DNA of 62,916 nt, filler included, from Octopus bimaculoides (lineage: Eukaryota), in NCBI RefSeq assembly GCF_001194135.2. It is 7 parts of 7 records of this genome, joined end to end, with 100 filler letters (N's around TTAATTAATTAA, not from the genome) between each part and the next. Parts side by side here need not be neighbours in the genome. Positions count along the whole stretch, not along the records: positions 61,297 to 62,916 come from NW_026433999.1; 6 more parts are not named here. One strand, written 5' to 3'. Below, one piece after another: positions 61,197 through 62,916 of this stretch. The notes below the pieces were generated by a model. The model searched no databases. It saw only the letters and a program-made list of their open reading frames with translations, and had not been told where the DNA came from. Every line of letters begins with the position of its first letter. Positions within the stretch are counted from its first letter, which is position 1. Both the position numbers and the translations under genes were made by a program.

Positions 61197-61930
61197 NNNN
61201 NNNNNNNNNNNNNNNNNNNNNNNNNNNNNNNNNNNNNNNNTTAATTAATTAANNNNNNNNNNNNNNNNNNNNNNNNNNNNNNNNNNNNNNNNNNNNATGT
61301 ATATTATATATGAATGTCAGAATCTTATACGATAAAGATGAACGGTGTAAATGAAAAAAATATAGATATAAGTATATATACATATATATATACATAACAG
61401 TGAATTTATTGCTCCTATCAGTTTTTCATATAATTTTTTATTCATCGTGTTTTCTTTCGTTCTTCAGATTCATTAAATGCTCGTTAAAAATATTACCACG
61501 CAACCCCATCTCCTCACCCCACCCGATAAAACGAGAATAAAAACAAAAAAAGATAATAATATAAAATAAATATTGAAAAAAAAAAACATAAAAATTTGAT
61601 ATAATACAACGAACAAACAACGAAAAATCTTTTTTAATTTATAAACAAAAATAATAAAACCAACCGATAACAGCTACATAAAAGAAGCGCGAAAATAAAC
61701 ATAGATAGACAACAAGAACAACATCATCGTCATCTTCTGTGAAAGCATCTCTGCCAAGACACATACGTGGAAGAATTATTTTGATTAAGAAGTATGATTC
61801 TAAGATTTAAGAGATTATATGTGTGTATGTGTAGCTGGAACGATAAAGATATAGAAATCTATATATATGTGTGTATGCATAGACACACACAACTACATAT
61901 AGTTTCACGTATATATACACGTATATATAC

Positions 61931-61994
<64 letters not shown>

Positions 61995-62449
61995 NNNNNN
62001 NNNNNNNNNNNNNNNNNNNNNNNNNNNNNNNNNNNNNNNNNNNNNNNNNNNNNNNNNNNNNNNNNNNNNNNNNNNNNNNNNNNNNNNNNNNNNNNNNNNN
62101 NNNNNNNNNNNNNNNNNNNNNNNNNNNNNNNNNNNNNNNNNNNNNNNNNNNNNNNNNNNNNNNNNNNNNNNNNNNNNNNNNNNNNNNNNNNNNNNNNNNN
62201 NNNNNNNNNNNNNNNNNNNNNNNNNNNNNNNNNNNNNNNNNNNNNNNNNNNNNNNNNNNNNNNNNNNNNNNNNNNNNNNNNNNNNNNNNNNNNNNNNNNN
62301 NNNNNNNNNNNNNNNNNNNNNNNNNNNNNNNNNNNNNNNNNNNNNNNNNNNNNNNNNNNNNNNNNNNNNNNNNNNNNNNNNNNNNNNNNNNNNNNNNNNN
62401 NNNNNNNNNNNNNNNNNNNNNNNNNNNNNNNNNNNNNTATATATGTATG

Positions 62450-62486
<37 letters not shown>

Positions 62487-62916
62487 GGGGGGGAGGTATA
62501 AAGATAGATATAACAGTAAATATATAACATTGACGGATAATAAAAAAAGCTATAGAATTTGATGTCTTAAGAAATGGTTAATTTAATTCAATATCTTTTT
62601 TTTATATATTTGGCATTTTTGTTGTTGTTGTTGTTATTGTTGTGAATCTTTCCTACAACATTTTCCCACTAAAAAACAACGCTCAAGACATAATTGTTGT
62701 TTTCTGACTTTTTAATTCTTGCAGCTGCTGCTGCTGTTGTTGTTGTTGTTGTTGTTGTTGTTCTTCTTCTTCTTCTTCTTCTTCTTCTTCTTCTTCTCTA
62801 TCCCCTCCTCCTCCTCTCTGCCTTTTCATCCTCATCCTCATCATCCCCATCATCGTCATCCACCACTTCTGTCTCCCTTTCCGCCTCTTCCTCTTCCCCC
62901 TCATCCTCCACCTCCT

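Overview
Eukaryotic, AT-rich, gapped scaffold with roughly 8.5 kb of N by my rough tally. The SINE/microsatellite load and the fingers-only C2H2 zinc-finger genes suggest a cephalopod, probably Octopus (inference; no search run). Only two intact protein-coding genes are supported: a head-to-head pair of paralogous 13-finger C2H2 genes (43882-45024 minus, 50574-51761 plus). They share a homologous splice acceptor and 5' leader. The minus-strand gene takes its last 15 codons and its stop codon from an inserted tRNA-derived SINE. The rest is transposable-element debris: several SINE families, R4/Dong-like, RTE and L2/Jockey-like LINE fragments, an internally deleted mariner, and Tc1/mariner and piggyBac-like MITEs. 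The most unexpected signal is five type I hammerhead ribozyme motifs with short palindromic helix III (4421, 14110, 24722, 43282, 57371). Two have an intact catalytic core, and three lie in or near long fold-back repeats, matching the described architecture of Penelope-like element or retrozyme hammerheads. Most ORFs in the supplied track are microsatellite or N-gap artefacts. Repeat boundaries were read by eye and are approximate.
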